Part shown: positions 13,401 through 28,000 of the stretch, piece after piece | Position numbering within the stretch: the first letter of the stretch is position 1 | Layout of the letters: each line of letters starts with the position of its first letter | DNA from: Eledone cirrhosa | Taxonomy: Eukaryota | Reading direction: 5' to 3' | Assembly: GCA_964016885.1 (NCBI GenBank) | Contig: CAXHJY010001477.1 | Location: 682,001-746,000 of the forward strand | DNA length: 64,000 nt | Made by a program: the position numbers and the translations under genes | The notes under the pieces: model-generated | Seen by the model: only the letters and a program-made list of their open reading frames with translations | Database searches by the model: none | Told to the model about the DNA's origin: nothing

Positions 13401-14390
13401 GTTGAGGAAGAGACACTACCTACAACTTAGATGACAGAAGGACCTGCGATTGTAGTTGAGGAAGAGACACTACCTCCAACTTAGATGACAGAAGGACCTG
13501 CTATTGAAGGTGAGGAAGAGACACTACCTCCAACTTAGATGACAGAAGGACATGCTATTGTAGTTGAGGAAGAGACACTACCTCCAACTTAGATGACAGA
13601 AGGATCTGCTATTGAAGTTGAGGAAGAGACACTACCTCCAACTTAGATAACAGAAGGACCTGCTATTGTAGTTGAGGAAGAGACACTACCTCCAACTTAG
13701 ATCACAGAAGGACCTGCTATTGTAGTTGAGGAAGAGACACTACCTCCAACTTAGATGACAGAAGGACTATTGAAGTTGCGGAAGAGACACTACCTCTAAC
13801 TTAGATGACAGAAGGACTATTGAAGATGAGGAAGAGACACTACCTCCAACTTAGATGACAGAAGGACCTGCTATTGTAGTTGAGGAAGAGACACTACCTC
13901 CAACTTAGATGACAGAAGGACCTGCTATTGAAGTTGAGGAAGAGACACTACCTCCAACTTAGATGACAGAAGGACCTGCTATTGTAGTTGAGGAAGAGAC
14001 ACTACCTCCAACTTACATGACAGAAGGACCTGCTATTGAAGTCGAGGAAGAGACACTACCTCCAACTTAGATGACAGAAGGACTATTGAAGTTGAGGAAG
14101 AGACACTACCTCCAACTTAGATGACAGAAGGACTAATGAAGGTGAGGAAGAGACACTACCTCCAACTTAGATGACAGAAGGACCTGCTATTGAAGTTGAG
14201 GAAGAGACACTACCTCCAACTTAGATGACAGAAGGACCTGTTATTGAAGTTGAGGAAGAGACACTACCTCCAACTTAGATGAAAGAAGGACCTGCTATTG
14301 AAGTTGAGGAAGAGACACTACCTCCAACTCAGATGACAGAAGGACCTGCTATTGAAGTTGAGGAAGAGACACTACCTCCAACTTAGATGA
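571..14390 (+). repeat. Higher-order tandem duplication, period 6832 bp (128 monomers: 108 x 54 + 20 x 50), two copies
   Basis: Rare variants recur at an offset of exactly 6832: TGTACTTGAG 851/7683, GAAGCGACAC 2141/8973, the G of CTCGAACTT 5631/12463, CAACTCAG 661/7493. I counted 20 short monomers in copy 1, matching the arithmetic. The match fails left of ~571 and at ~14391. Confidence 0.93.
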
Positions 14391-16980
14391 GAGAAGGACC
14401 TGCTATTGAAGGTGAGGAAAAGACACTACCACCAACTTAGATGATAGAAGGACCTGCTATTGAAGTTGAGAAAGAGACACTACCTCTAACTTAGATGACA
14501 GAAGGACCTGCTATTGTAGTTGAGGAAGAGACACTACTTCCAACTTAGATGACAGAAGGACCTGCTATTGAAGGTGAGGAAGAGACACTACCTCTAACTT
14601 AGATGACAGAAGGACCTGCTATTGAAGTTGAGGAAGAGACACTACCTCCAACTTAGATGACAGAAGGACCTGCTATTGAAGTTGAGGAAGAGACACTACC
14701 TCCAACTTAGATGACAGAAGGACCTGCTATTGAACTTGAGGAAGAGACACTACCCCCAACTTAGATGACAGAAGGACTATTGAACTTAAGGAAGAGACAC
14801 TACCTCCAACTTAGATTACAGAAGGACCTTCTATTGAAGTTGAGGAAGAGACACTACCTCCAACTTAGATTACAGAAGGACCTGCTATTGTAGATGAGGA
14901 AGAGACACTACCTCCAACTTAGATGACAGAAGGACCTGCTATTGAAGTTGAGGAATAGACACTACCTCCAACTTAGATGACAGAATGACCTGTTATTGAA
15001 GTTGAGGAAGAGACACTACCTCCAACTTAGATGAAAGAAGGACCTGCTATTGAAGTTGAGGAAGAGAAACAACCTCCAACTTAGATGACAGAAGGACCTG
15101 CTATTGAAGGTGAGGAAGAGACACTACCTCTAACTTAGATGACAGCAGGACATGCTATTGAAGTTGAGGAAGAGACACTACCTCCAACTTAGATGACAGA
15201 AGGACTATTGAACTTAAGGAAGAGACACTACCTCCAACTTAGATTACAGAAGGACCTTCTATTTTAGATGAGGAAGAGACACTACCTCCAACTTAGATGA
15301 CAGAAGGACCTGCTATTGAAGTTGAGGAAGAGACACTACCTCCAACTTAGATGACAGAAGGACCTGCTATTGAAGTTGATGAAGAGACACTACCTCCAAC
15401 TTAGATGACAGAAGGACCTGCTATTGTAGTTGAGGAAGAGACACTACCTACAACTTAGATGACAGAAGGACCTGCGATTGTAGTTGAGGAAGAGACACTA
15501 CCTCCAACTTAGATGACAGAAGGACCTGCTATTGAAGGTGAGGAAGAGACACTACCTCCAACTTAGATGACAGAAGGACCTGCTATTGTAGTTGAGGAAG
15601 AGACACTACCTCCAACTTAGATGACAGAAGGATCTGCTATTGAAGTTGAGGAAGAGACACTACCTCCAACTTAGATAACAGAAGGACCTGCTATTGTAGT
15701 TGAGGAAGAGACACTACCTCCAACTTAGATCACAGAAGGACCTGCTATTGTAGTTGAGGAAGAGACACTACCTCCAACTTAGATGACAGAAGGACTATTG
15801 AAGTTGCGGAAGAGACACTACCTCTAACTTAGATGACAGAAGGACTATTGAAGATGAGGAAGAGACACTACCTCCAACTTAGATGACAGAAGGACCTGCT
15901 ATTGTAGTTGAGGAAGAGACACTACCTCCAACTTAGATGACAGAAGGACCTGCTATTGAAGTTGAGGAAGAGACACTACCTCCAACTTAGATGACAGAAG
16001 GACCTGCTATTGTAGTTGAGGAAGAGACACTACCTCCAACTTACATGACAGAAGGACCTGCTATTGAAGTCGAGGAAGAGACACTACCTCCAACTTAGAT
16101 GACAGAAGGACTATTGAAGTTGAGGAAGAGACACTACCTCCAACTTAGATGACAGAAGGACTAATGAAGGTGAGGAAGAGACACTACCTCCAACTTAGAT
16201 GACAGAAGGACCTGCTATTGAAGTTGAGGAAGAGACACTACCTCCAACTTAGATGACAGAAGGACCTGTTATTGAAGTTGAGGAAGAGACACTACCTCCA
16301 ACTTAGATGAAAGAAGGACCTGCTATTGAAGTTGAGGAAGAGACACTACCTCCAACTCAGATGACAGAAGGACCTGCTATTGAAGTTGAGGAAGAGACAC
16401 TACCTCCAACTTAGATGAGAGAAGGACCTGCTATTGAAGGTGAGGAAAAGACACTACCTCCAACTTAGATGATAGAAGGACCTGCTATTGAAGTTGAGAA
16501 AGAGAGACTACCTCTAACTTAGATGACAGAAGGACCTGCTATTGTAGTTGAGGAAGAGACACTACTTCCAACTTAGATGACAGAAGGACCTGCTATTGAA
16601 GGTGAGGAAGAGACACTACCTCTAACTTAGATGACAGAAGGACCTGCTATTGAAGTTGAGGAAGAGACACTACCTCCAACTTAGATGACAGAAGGACCTG
16701 CTATTGAAGTTGAGGAAGAGACACTACCTCCAACTTAGATGACAGAAGGACCTGCTATTGAACTTGAGGAAGAGACACTACCCCCAACTTAGATGACAGA
16801 AGGACTATTGAACTTAAGGAAGAGACACTACCTCCAACTTAGATTACAGAAGGACCTTCTATTGAAGTTGAGGAAGAGACACTACCTCCAACTTAGATTA
16901 CAGAAGGACCTGCTATTGTAGATGAGGAAGAGACACTACCTCCAACTTAGATGACAGAAGGACCTGCTATTGAAGTTGAG
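12900..16980 (+). repeat. Approximate tandem duplication, period 2028 bp (38 monomers)
   Basis: AAGTTGCGG occurs at 13773 and 15801 with the same order of flanking variants (GAATAG, GATAAC, GATCAC, TTACATG, CTAATG, GAGAGAAG, CTTCCA, CCCC). Boundaries are approximate and there are a few point differences. Confidence 0.75.
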
Positions 16981-19430
16981 GAAGAGACACTACCTCCAAC
17001 TTAGATGACAGAAGGACCTGCTATTGAACTTGAGGAAGAGACACTACCCCCAACTTAGAGGACAGAAGTACTATTGAACTTAAGGAAGAGACACTACCTC
17101 CAACTTAGTTTACAGAAGGACCTTCTATCGAAGTTGAGGAAGAGACACTACCTCCAACATAGATGACAGAAGGACCTGCTATTGTAGATGAGGAAGAGAC
17201 ACTACCTCCAACTTAGATGACAGAAGGACCTGCTATTGAAGTTGAGGAAGAGACACTACCTCCAACTTAGATGACAGAAGGACCTGCTATTGAAGTTGAG
17301 GAAGAGACACTACCTCCAACTTAGATGACAGAAGGACCTGCTATTGAAGTTGAGAAAGAGACACTACCTCCAACTTAGATGACAGAAGGACTATTGAAGT
17401 TGAGAAAGAGACACTACCTCCAACTTAGATGACAGAAGGACTATTGAAGGTGAGGAAGAGACACTACCTCCAACTTAGATCACAGAAGGACCTGCTATTG
17501 AAGGTGAGGAAGAGACACTACCTCCAGCTTAGATGATAGAAGGACCTGCTATTGAAGTTGAGAAAGAGACAGTACCTCTAACTTAGATGACAGAAGGACC
17601 TGCTATTGTAGTTGAGGAAGAGACACTACCTCCAACTTAGATGACAGAAGGACCTGCTATTGAAGGTGAGGAAGAGACACTACCTCTAACTTAGATGACA
17701 GAAGGACCTGCTATTGAAGTTGAGGAAGAGACACTACCTCAAACTTAGATGACAGAAGGACTATTGAACTTAAGGAAGAGACACTACCTCCAACTTAGAT
17801 TACAGAAGGACCTTCTATTGAAGTTGAGGAAGAGACACTACCTCCAACTTAGATGACAGAAGGACCTGCTATTGAAGTTGAGGAAGAGACACTACCTACA
17901 ACTTAGATGACAGAAGGACCTGCTATTGAAGTTGAGGAAGAGACACTACCTCTAACTTAGATGACAGAAGGACCTGCTATTGAAGTTGAGGAAGAGACAC
18001 TACCTCCAACTTAGATGACAGAAGGACCTGCTATTGTAGTTGTGGAAGAGACACTACCTCCAACTTAGATGACAGAAGGACCTGCTATTGTAGGTGAGGA
18101 AGAGACACTACCTCCAACTTAGATGACAGAAGGACCTGCTATTGAAGTTGAGGAAGAGACACTACCTCCAACTTAGATGACAGAAGGACCTGCTATTGAA
18201 GTTGAGGAAGAGACACTACCTCCAACTTAGATGACAGAAGGACCTGCTATTGAACTTGAGGAAGAGACACTACCCCCAACTTAGATGACAGAAGGACTAT
18301 TGAACTTAAGGAAGAGACACTACCTCCAACTTAGATTACAGAAGGACCTTCTATTGAAGTTGAGGAAGAGACACTACCTCCAACTTAGATTACAGAAGGA
18401 CCTGCTATTGTAGATGAGGAAGAGACACTACCTCCAACTTAGATGACAGAAGGACCTGCTATTGAAGTTGAGGAAGAGACACTACCTCCAACTTAGATGA
18501 CAGAAGGACCTGCTATTGAACTTGAGGATGAGACACTACCCCCAACTTAGAGGACAGAAGGACTATTGAACTTAAGGAAGAGACACTACCTCCAACTTAG
18601 TTTACAGAAGGACCTTCTATCGAAGTTGAGGAAGAGACACTACCTCCAACTTAGATGACAGAAGGACCTGCTATTGTAGATGAGGAAGAGACACTACCTC
18701 CAACTTAGATGACAGAAGGACCTGCTATTGAAGTTGAGGAAGAGACACTACCTCCAACTTAGATGACAGAAGGACCTGCTATTGAAGTTGAGGAAGAGAC
18801 ACTACCTCCAACTTAGATGACAGAAGGACCTGCTATTGAAGTTGAGAAAGAGACACTACCTCCAACTTAGATGACAGAAGGACTATTGAAGTTGAGAAAG
18901 AGACACTACCTCCAACTTAGATGACAGAAGGACTATTGAAGGTGAGGAAGAGACACTACCTCCAACTTAGATCACAGAAGGACCTGCTATTGAAGGTGAG
19001 GAAGAGACACTACCTCCAGCTTAGATGATAGAAGGACCTGCTATTGAAGTTGAGAAAGAGACAGTACCTCTAACTTAGATGACAGAAGGACCTGCTATTG
19101 TAGTTGAGGAAGAGACACTACCTCCAACTTAGATGACAGAAGGACCTGCTATTGAAGGTGAGGAAGAGACACTACCTCTAACTTAGATGACAGAAGGACC
19201 TGCTATTGAAGTTGAGGAAGAGACACTACCTCAAACTTAGATGACAGAAGGACTATTGAACTTAAGGAAGAGACACTACCTCCAACTTAGATTACAGAAG
19301 GACCTTCTATTGAAGTTGAAGAAGAGACACTACCTCCAACTTAGATGACAGAAGGACCTGCTATTGAAGTTGAGGAAGAGACACTACCTACAACTTAGAT
19401 GACAGAAGGACCTGCTATTGAAGTTGAGGA
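16630..19430 (+). repeat. Approximate tandem duplication, period 1492 bp (28 monomers)
   Basis: CAACTTAGAGGAC occurs at 17051 and 18543, each followed by GTTTACAG, ATCGAAG, ACAGTACC and CTCAAAC in the same order. Boundaries are approximate. Confidence 0.75.
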
Positions 19431-22400
19431 AGAGACACTACCTCCAACTTAGATGACAGAAGGACCTGCTATTGTAGTTGTGGAAGAGACACTACCTCCA
19501 ACTTAGATGACAGAAGGACCTGCTATTGTAGGTGAGGAAGAGACACTACCTCCAACTTAGATGACAGAAGGACCTGCTATTGAAGTTGAGAAAGAGACAC
19601 TACCTCCAACTTAGATGACAGAAGGACCTGCTATTGAAGTTGAGGAAGAGACACTACCTCCACCTTAGATGACAGAAGGACCTGCTATTGAAGTTGAGAA
19701 AGAGACACTACCTCCAACTTAGATGACAGAAGGACTATTGAAGTTGAGGAAGAGACACTACCTCCAACTTAGATGACAGAAGGACCTGCTATTGAAGTTG
19801 AGAAAGAGACACTACCTCCAACTTAGATGACAGAAGGACTATTGAAGGTGAGGAAGAGACACTACCTCCAACTTAGATGACAGAAGGACCTGCTATTGAA
19901 GTTGAGGAAGAGATACTAACTCCAACTTAGATGACAGAAGGACTATTGAAGGTGAGGAAGAGACACTACCTCCAACTTAGATGACAGAAGGACCTGCTAT
20001 TGAAGTTGAGGAAGAGACACTACCTCCAACTTAGATGACAGAAGGACCTGCTATTGAAGTTGAGGAAGAGACACTACCTCCAACTTAGATGACAGAAGGA
20101 CCTGCTATTGAAGTTGAGGAAGAGACACTACCTCTAACTTAGATGACAGAAGGACCTGCTATTGTAGTTGAGGAAGAGACACTACCTCCAACTTAGATGA
20201 CAGAAGGACCTGCTATTGTAGTTGAGGAAGAGACACTACCTCTAACTTAGATGACAGAAGGACCTGCTATTGAAGTTGAGGAAGAGACACTACCTCTAAC
20301 TTAGATGACAGAAGGACCTGCTATTGTAGTTGAGGAAGAGACACTACCTCCAACTTAGATGACAGAAGGACCTGCTATTGTAGTTGAGGAAGAGACACTA
20401 CCTCCAACTTAGATGACAGAAGGACCTGCTATTGAAGTTGAGGAAGAGACACTACCTCTAACTTAGATGACAGAAGGACCTGCTATTGTAGTTGAGGAAG
20501 AGACACTACCTCCAACTTAGATGACAGAAGGACCTGCTATTGTAGTTGAGGAAGAGACACTACCTCCAACTTAGATGACAGAAGGACCTGCTATTGTAGT
20601 TGAGGAAGAGACACTACCTCCAACTTAGATCACAGAAGGACCTGCTATTGAAGGTGAGGAAGAGACACTACCTCCAACTTAGATGACAGAAGGAGCTGCT
20701 ATTGTAGTTGAGGAAGAGACACTACCTCCAACTTAGATGACAGAAGGACCTGCTATTGAAGTTGAGGAAGAGACACTACCTCCAACTTAGATGACAGAAG
20801 GACCTGCTATTGAAGTTGAGGGAGAGACACTACCTCCAACTTAGATGACAGAAGGACCTGCTATTGTAGTTGAGGAAGAGACACTACCTACAACTTAGAT
20901 GACAGAAGGACGTGCTATTGTAGTTGAGGAAGAGACACTACCTCTAACTTAGATGACAGAAGGACCTGCTATTGAAGTTGAGGAAGAGACACTACCTCCA
21001 ACTTAGATGACAGAAGGACCTGCTATTGAAGTTGAGGCAGAGACACTACCTCCAACTTAGATGACAGAAGGACCTGCTATTGTAGTTGAGGAAGAGACAC
21101 TACCTCCAACTTAGATGACAGAAGGACCTGCTATTGAACTTGAGGAAGAGACACTACCCCCAACTTAGATGACAGAAGGACGTGCTATTGTAGTTGAGGA
21201 AGAGACACTACCTCCAACTTAGATGACAGAAGGACTATTGAACTTAAGGAAGAGACACTACCTCCAACTTAGATTACAGAAGGACCTTCTATTGTAGATG
21301 AGGAAGAGACACTACCTCCAACTTAGATGACAGAAGGACTATTGAACTTAAGGAAGAGACACTACCTCCAACTTAGATTACAGAAGGACCTTCTATTGAA
21401 GTTGAGGAAGAGACACTACCTCCAACTTAGATGACAGAAGGACCTGCTATTGTAGATGAGGAAGAGACACTACCTCCAACTTAGATGACAGAAGGACCTG
21501 CTATTGAAGTTGAGGAATAGACACTACCTCCAACTTAGATGACAGAATGACCTGTTATTGAAGTTGAGGAAGAGACACTACCTCCAACTTAGATGAAAGA
21601 AGGACCTGCTATTGAAGTTGAGGAAGAGAAACAACCTCCAACTTAGATGACAGAAGGACCTGCTATTGAAGGTGAGGAAGAGACACTACCTCTAACTTAG
21701 ATTACAGAAGGACATGCTATTGAAGTTGAGGAAGAGACACTACCTCCAACTTAGATGACAGAAGGACTATTGAACTTAAGGAAGAGACACTACCTCCAAC
21801 TTAGATTACAGAAGGACCTTCTATTGTAGATGAGGAAGAGACACTACCTCCAACTTAGATGACAGAAGGACCTGCTATTGAAGTTGAGGAAGAGACACTA
21901 CCTCCAACTTAGATGACAGAAGGACCTGCTATTGAAGTTGATGAAGAGACACTACCTCCAACTTAGATGACAGAAGGACCTGCTATTGTAGTTGAGGAAG
22001 AGACACTACCTACAACTTAGATGACAGAAGGACCTGCGATTGTAGTTGACGAAGAGACACTACCTCCAACTTAGATGACAGAAGGACCTGCTATTGAAGG
22101 TGAGGAAGAGACACTACCTCCAACTTAGATGACAGAAGGACCTGCTATTGTAGTTGAGGAAGAGACACTACCTCCAACTTAGATGACAGAAGGATCTGCT
22201 ATTGAAGTTGAGGAAGAGACACTACCTCCAACTTAGATAACAGAAGGACCTGCTATTGTAGTTGAGGAAGAGACACTACCTCCAACTTAGATCACAGAAG
22301 GACCTGCTATTGTAGTTGAGGAAGAGACACTACCTCCAACTTAGATGACAGAAGGACTATTGAAGTTGCGGAAGAGACACTACCTCTAACTTAGATGACA

Positions 22401-25029
22401 GAAGGACTATTGAAGATGAGGAAGAGACACTACCTCCAACTTAGATGACAGAAGGACCTGCTATTGTAGTTGAGGAAGAGACACTACCTCCAACTTAGAT
22501 GACAGAAGGACCTGCTATTGAAGTTGAGGAAGAGACACTACCTCCAACTTAGATGACAGAAGGACCTGCTATTGTAGTTGAGGAAGAGACACTACCTCCA
22601 ACTTACATGACAGAAGGACCTGCTATTGAAGTCGAGGAAGAGACACTACCTCCAACTTAGATGACAGAAGGACTATTGAAGTTGAGGAAGAGACACTACC
22701 TCCAACTTAGATGACAGAAGGACTAATGAAGGTGAGGAAGAGACACTACCTCCAACTTAGATGACAGAAGGACCTGCTATTGAAGTTGAGGAAGAGACAC
22801 TACCTCCAACTTAGATGACAGAAGGACCTGTTATTGAAGTTGAGGAAGAGACACTACCTCCAACTTAGATGAAAGAAGGACCTGCTATTGAAGTTGAGGA
22901 AGAGACACTACCTCCAACTCAGATGACAGAAGGACCTGCTATTGAAGTTGAGGAAGAGACACTACTTCCAACTTAGATGACAGAAGGACCTGCTATTGAA
23001 GGTGAGGAAGAGACACTACCTCTAACTTAGATGACAGAAGGACCTGCTATTGAAGTTGAGGAAGAGACACTACCTCCAACTTAGATGACAGAAGGACCTG
23101 CTATTGAAGTTGAGGAAGAGACACTACCTCCAACTTAGATGACAGAAGGACCTGCTATTGAACTTGAGGAAGAGACACTACCCCCAACTTAGATGACAGA
23201 AGGACTATTGAACTTAAGGAAGAGACACTACCTCCAACTTAGATTACAGAAGGACCTTCTATTGAAGTTGAGGAAGAGACACTACCTCCAACTTAGATTA
23301 CAGAAGGACCTGCTATTGTAGATGAGGAAGAGACACTACCTCCAACTTAGATGACAGAAGGACCTGCTATTGAAGTTGAGGAAGAGACACTACCTCCAAC
23401 TTAGATGACAGAAGGACCTGCTATTGAACTTGAGGAAGAGACACTACCCCCAACTTAGAGGACAGAAGGACTATTGAACTTAAGGAAGAGACACTACCTC
23501 CAACTTAGTTTACAGAAGGACCTTCTATCGAAGTTGAGGAAGAGACACTACCTCCAACATAGCTGACAGAAGGACCTGCTATCGTAGATGAGGAAGAGAC
23601 ACTACCTCCAACTTAGATGACAGAAGGACCTGCTATTGAAGTTGAGGAAGAGACACTACCTCCAACTTAGATGACAGAAGGACCTGCTATTGAAGTTGAG
23701 GAAGAGACACTACCTCCAACTTAGATGACAGAAGGACCTGCTATTGAAGTTGAGAAAGAGACACTACCTCCAACTTAGATGACAGAAGGACTATTGAAGT
23801 TGAGAAAGAGACACTACCTCCAACTTAGATGACAGAAGGACTATTGAAGGTGAGGAAGAGACACTACCTCCAACTTAGATCACAGAAGGACCTGCTATTG
23901 AAGGTGAGGAAGAGACACTACCTCCAGCTTAGATGATAGAAGGACCTGCTATTGAAGTTGAGAAAGAGACAGTACCTCTAACTTAGATGACAGAAGGACC
24001 TGCTATTGTAGTTGAGGAAGAGACACTACCTCCAACTTAGATGACAGAAGGACCTGCTATTGAAGGTGAGGAAGAGACACTACCTCTAACTTAGATGACA
24101 GAAGGACCTGCTATTGAAGTTGAGGAAGAGACACTACCTCAAACTTAGATGACAGAAGGACTATTGAACTTAAGGAAGAGACACTACCTCCAACTTAGAT
24201 TACAGAAGGACCTTCTATTGAAGTTGAGGAAGAGACACTACCTCCAACTTAGATGACAGAAGGACCTGCTATTGAAGTTGAGGAAGAGACACTACCTACA
24301 ACTTAGATGACAGAAGGACCTGCTATTGAAGTTGAGGAAGAGACACTACCTCTAACTTAGATGACAGAAGGACCTGCTATTGAAGTTGAGGAAGAGACAC
24401 TACCTCCAACTTAGATGACAGAAGGACCTGCTATTGTAGTTGTGGAAGAGACACTACCTCCAACTTAGATGACAGAAGGACCTGCTATTGTAGGTGAGGA
24501 AGAGACACTGCCTCCAACTTATATGACAGAAGGACCTGCTATTGAAGTTGAGAAAGAGACACTACCTCCAACTTAGATGACAGAAGGACCTGCTATTGAA
24601 GTTGAGGAAGAGACACTACCTCCACCTTAGATGACAGAAGGACCTGTTATTGAAGTTGAGAAAGAGACACTACCTCCAACTTACATGACAGAAGGACTAT
24701 TGAAGGTGAGGAAGAGACACTACCTACAACTTAGATGACAGAAGGACCTGCTATTGTAGGTGAGGAAGAGACACTACCTCCAACTTAGATGACAGAAGGA
24801 CCTGCTATTGAAGTTGAGAAAGAGACACTACCTCCAACTTAGATGACAGAAGGACCTGCTATTGAAGTTGAGGAAGAGACACTACCTCCAACTTAGATGA
24901 CAGAAGGACCTGCTATTGAAGTTGAGGAAGAGACACTACCTACAACTTAGATGACAGAAGGACCTGCTATTGAAGTTGAGGAAGAGACACTACCTCCAAC
25001 TTAGATGACAGAAGGAACTGCTATTGAAG

Positions 25030-28000
25030 TTGAGAAAGAGACACTACCTCCAACTTAGATGACAGAAGGACCTTCTATTGAAGTTGAAGAAGAGACACTA
25101 CCTCCAACTTAGATGACAGAAGGACCTGCTATTGAAGTTGAGGAAGAGACACTACCTACAACTTAGATGACAGAAGGACCTGCTATTGAAGTTGAGGAAG
25201 AGACACTACCTCCAACTTAGATGACAGAAGGACCTGCTATTGTAGTTGTGGAAGAGACACTACCTCCAACTTAGATGACAGAAGGACCTGCTATTGTAGG
25301 TGAGGAAGAGACACTACCTCCAACTTAGATGACAGAAGGACCTGCTATTGAAGTTGAGAAAGAGACACTACCTCCAACTTAGATGACAGAAGGACCTGCT
25401 ATTGAAGTTGAGGAAGAGACACTACCTCCACCTTAGATGACAGAAGGACCTGCTATTGAAGTTGAGAAAGAGACACTACCTCCAACTTAGATGACAGAAG
25501 GACTATTGAAGTTGAGGAAGAGACACTACCTCCAACTTAGATGACAGAAGGACCTGCTATTGAAGTTGAGAAAGAGACACTACCTCCAACTTAGATGACA
25601 GAAGGACTATTGAAGGTGAGGAAGAGACACTACCTCCAACTTAGATGACAGAAGGACCTGCTATTGAAGTTGAGGAAGAGATACTAACTCCAACTTAGAT
25701 GACAGAAGGACTATTGAAGGTGAGGAAGAGACACTACCTCCAACTTAGATGACAGAAGGACCTGCTATTGAAGTTGAGGAAGAGACACTACCTCCAACTT
25801 AGATGACAGAAGGACCTGCTATTGTAGGTGAGGAAGAGACACTACCTCCAACTTAGATGACAGAAGGACCTGCTATTGAAGTTGAGAAAGAGACACTACC
25901 TCCAACTTAGATGACAGAAGGACCTTCTATTGAAGTTGAAGAAGAGACACTACCTCCAACTTAGATGACAGAAGGACCTGCTATTGAAGTTGAGGAAGAG
26001 ACACTACCTACAACTTAGATGACAGAAGGACCTGCTATTGAAGTTGAGGAAGAGACACTACCTCCAACTTAGATGACAGAAGGACCTGCTATTGTAGTTG
26101 TGGAAGAGACACTACCTCCAACTTAGATGACAGAAGGACCTGCTATTGTAGGTGAGGAAGAGACACTACCTCCAACTTAGATGACAGAAGGACCTGCTAT
26201 TGAAGTTGAGAAAGAGACACTACCTCCAACTTAGATGACAGAAGGACCTGCTATTGAAGTTGAGGAAGAGACACTACCTCCACCTTAGATGACAGAAGGA
26301 CCTGCTATTGAAGTTGAGAAAGAGACACTACCTCCAACTTAGATGACAGAAGGACTATTGAAGTTGAGGAAGAGACACTACCTCCAACTTAGATGACAGA
26401 AGGACCTGCTATTGAAGTTGAGAAAGAGACACTACCTCCAACTTAGATGACAGAAGGACTATTGAAAGTGAGGAAGAGACACTACCTCCAACTTAGATGA
26501 TAGAAGGACCTGCTATTGAAGTTGAGAAAGAGAGACTACCTCTAACTTAGATGACAGAAGGACCTGCTATTGTAGTTGAGGAAGAGACACTACTTCCAAC
26601 TTAGATGACAGAAGGACCTGCTATTGAAGGTGAGGAAGAGACACTACCTCTAACTTAGATGACAGAAGGACCTGCTATTGAAGTTGAGGAAGAGACACTA
26701 CCTCCAACTTAGATGACAGAAGGACCTGCTATTGAAGTTGAGGAAGAGACACTACCTCCAACTTAGATGACAGAAGGACCTGCTATTGAACTTGAGGAAG
26801 AGACACTACCCCCAACTTAGATGACAGAAGGACTATTGAACTTAAGGAAGAGACACTACCTCCAACTTAGATTACAGAAGGACCTTCTATTGAAGTTGAG
26901 GAAGAGACACTACCTCCAACTTAGATTACAGAAGGACCTGCTATTGTAGATGAGGAAGAGACACTACCTCCAACTTAGATGACAGAAGGACCTGCTATTG
27001 AAGTTGAGGAAGAGACACTACCTCCAACTTAGATGACAGAAGGACCTGCTATTGAACTTGAGGAAGAGACACTACCCCCAACTTAGAGGACAGAAGGACT
27101 ATTGAACTTAAGGAAGAGACACTACCTCCAACTTAGTTTACAGAAGGACCTTCTATCGAAGTTGAGGAAGAGACACTACCTCCAACATAGATGACAGAAG
27201 GACCTGCTATTGTAGATGAGGAAGAGACACTACCTCCAACTTAGATGACAGAAGGACCTGCTATTGAAGTTGAGGAAGAGACACTACCTCCAACTTAGAT
27301 GACAGAAGGACCTGCTATTGAAGTTGAGGAAGAGACACTACCTCCAACTTAGATGACAGAAGGACCTGCTATTGAAGTTGAGAAAGAGACACTACCTCCA
27401 ACTTAGATGACAGAAGGACTATTGAAGTTGAGAAAGAGACACTACCTCCAACTTAGATGACAGAAGGACTATTGAAGGTGAGGAAGAGACACTACCTCCA
27501 ACTTAGATCACAGAAGGACCTGCTATTGAAGGTGAGGAAGAGACACTACCTCCAGCTTAGATGATAGAAGGACCTGCTATTGAAGTTGAGAAAGAGACAG
27601 TACCTCTAACTTAGATGACAGAAGGACCTGCTATTGTAGTTGAGGAAGAGACACTACCTCCAACTTAGATGACAGAAGGACCTGCTATTGAAGGTGAGGA
27701 AGAGACACTACCTCTAACTTAGATGACAGAAGGACCTGCTATTGAAGTTGAGGAAGAGACACTACCTCAAACTTAGATGACAGAAGGACTATTGAACTTA
27801 AGGAAGAGACACTACCTCCAACTTAGATTACAGAAGGACCTTCTATTGAAGTTGAGGAAGAGACACTACCTCCAACTTAGATGACAGAAGGACCTGCTAT
27901 TAAAGTTGAGGAAGAGACACTACCTACAACTTAGATGACAGAAGGACCTGCTATTGAAGTTGAGGAAGAGACACTACCTCTAACTTAGATGACAGAAGGA

